Shown here: positions 63,946 through 64,000 of the stretch, piece after piece
Layout of the letters: every line of letters starts with the position of its first letter
How positions within the stretch are numbered: the first letter of the stretch is position 1
DNA from: an uncultured Erysipelotrichaceae bacterium
Lineage (GTDB): Bacteria; Bacillota_I; Bacilli_A; RFN20; CAG-826
Reading direction: 5' to 3'
DNA length: 64,000 nucleotides
NCBI GenBank assembly: GCA_902768335.1
Contig: CACXKR010000012.1
Coordinates: 4,870 to 68,869 of the forward strand
Notes under the pieces: generated by a model
What the model was told of the DNA's origin: nothing
The model's database searches: none
The model's input: only the letters and a program-made list of their open reading frames with translations
Made by a program: the position numbers and the translations under genes

Positions 63946-64000
63946 ATGGCAAAACTTATTGAATTGAGAAAATTATCAAAAGAGTTTTATAAGGCTTATC
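63946..64000 (+). CDS. 5' end of an ORF (MAKLIELRKLSKEFYKAY...); candidate type III toxin (ToxN/AbiQ/CptN-like endoribonuclease). Truncated by the window.
   Basis: An ATG 10 nt after the terminator opens a frame that runs to the window end. The call rests on locus architecture, not on the 18 visible residues. Confidence 0.35.
   Translation, partial: MAKLIELRKLSKEFYKAY

Overview
AT-rich, gene-dense chromosomal segment of a low-GC Firmicutes/Mollicutes-type bacterium that uses the standard code (TGA is a stop, e.g. at the end of plsX). No peptidoglycan genes or LPXTG anchors are visible. There are many lipobox lipoproteins and a TM-anchored giant protease, so an Acholeplasma-like or Erysipelotrichia-like organism is my guess; this is inference only.

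Positions 1-29.4 kb are a conserved housekeeping backbone in Bacillus-like order: recG, plsX, rnc, ftsY, ylxM, ffh, an inverted rpsP-khpA-rimM-trmD block, rplS, lepB, rbgA, rnhB, dprA, topA, trmFO, xerC, rpsB, tsf, pyrH, frr, uppS, cdsA, dxr, rseP, polC.

Positions 29.4-64 kb are a mosaic of small tRNA-associated islets (8 intact tRNA genes plus one 5'-truncated tRNA-Arg). They carry:
- four or five toxin-antitoxin loci: DinJ-PIN, RHH-MNT/HepT, an RHH-MNT with a hepT stub, Phd-RelE, and a probable type III RNA-repeat locus at the window end
- an ABC-2 exporter and a 1227-aa S8 protease with Ig-like repeats
- an rnfCDGEA operon with a domain-truncated RnfB and an extra Cys-rich mini-protein, followed by apbE, a NusG_II protein and a Gx transporter
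- an adenylation-carrier didomain enzyme
- a Schlafen/AlbA_2-type ATPase-wHTH gene pair, a DUF1016 nuclease and a GT2 membrane operon

The most interesting signals:
1. Two paralogous promoter cassettes have a (CT)n microsatellite as the -35/-10 spacer. Spacing is 15 nt in one and 17 nt in the other, and they drive a surface lipoprotein and a membrane protein. This is candidate slipped-strand phase variation.
2. A promoter, 2 x 44-nt tandem repeat, terminator and ORF layout typical of type III toxin-antitoxin systems, cut by the window end.
3. The atypical Rnf electron-input module.
4. tRNA-remnant and duplicated-terminator scars that mark how the islets were assembled.

No CRISPR array, rRNA, transposase or phage integrase was seen.
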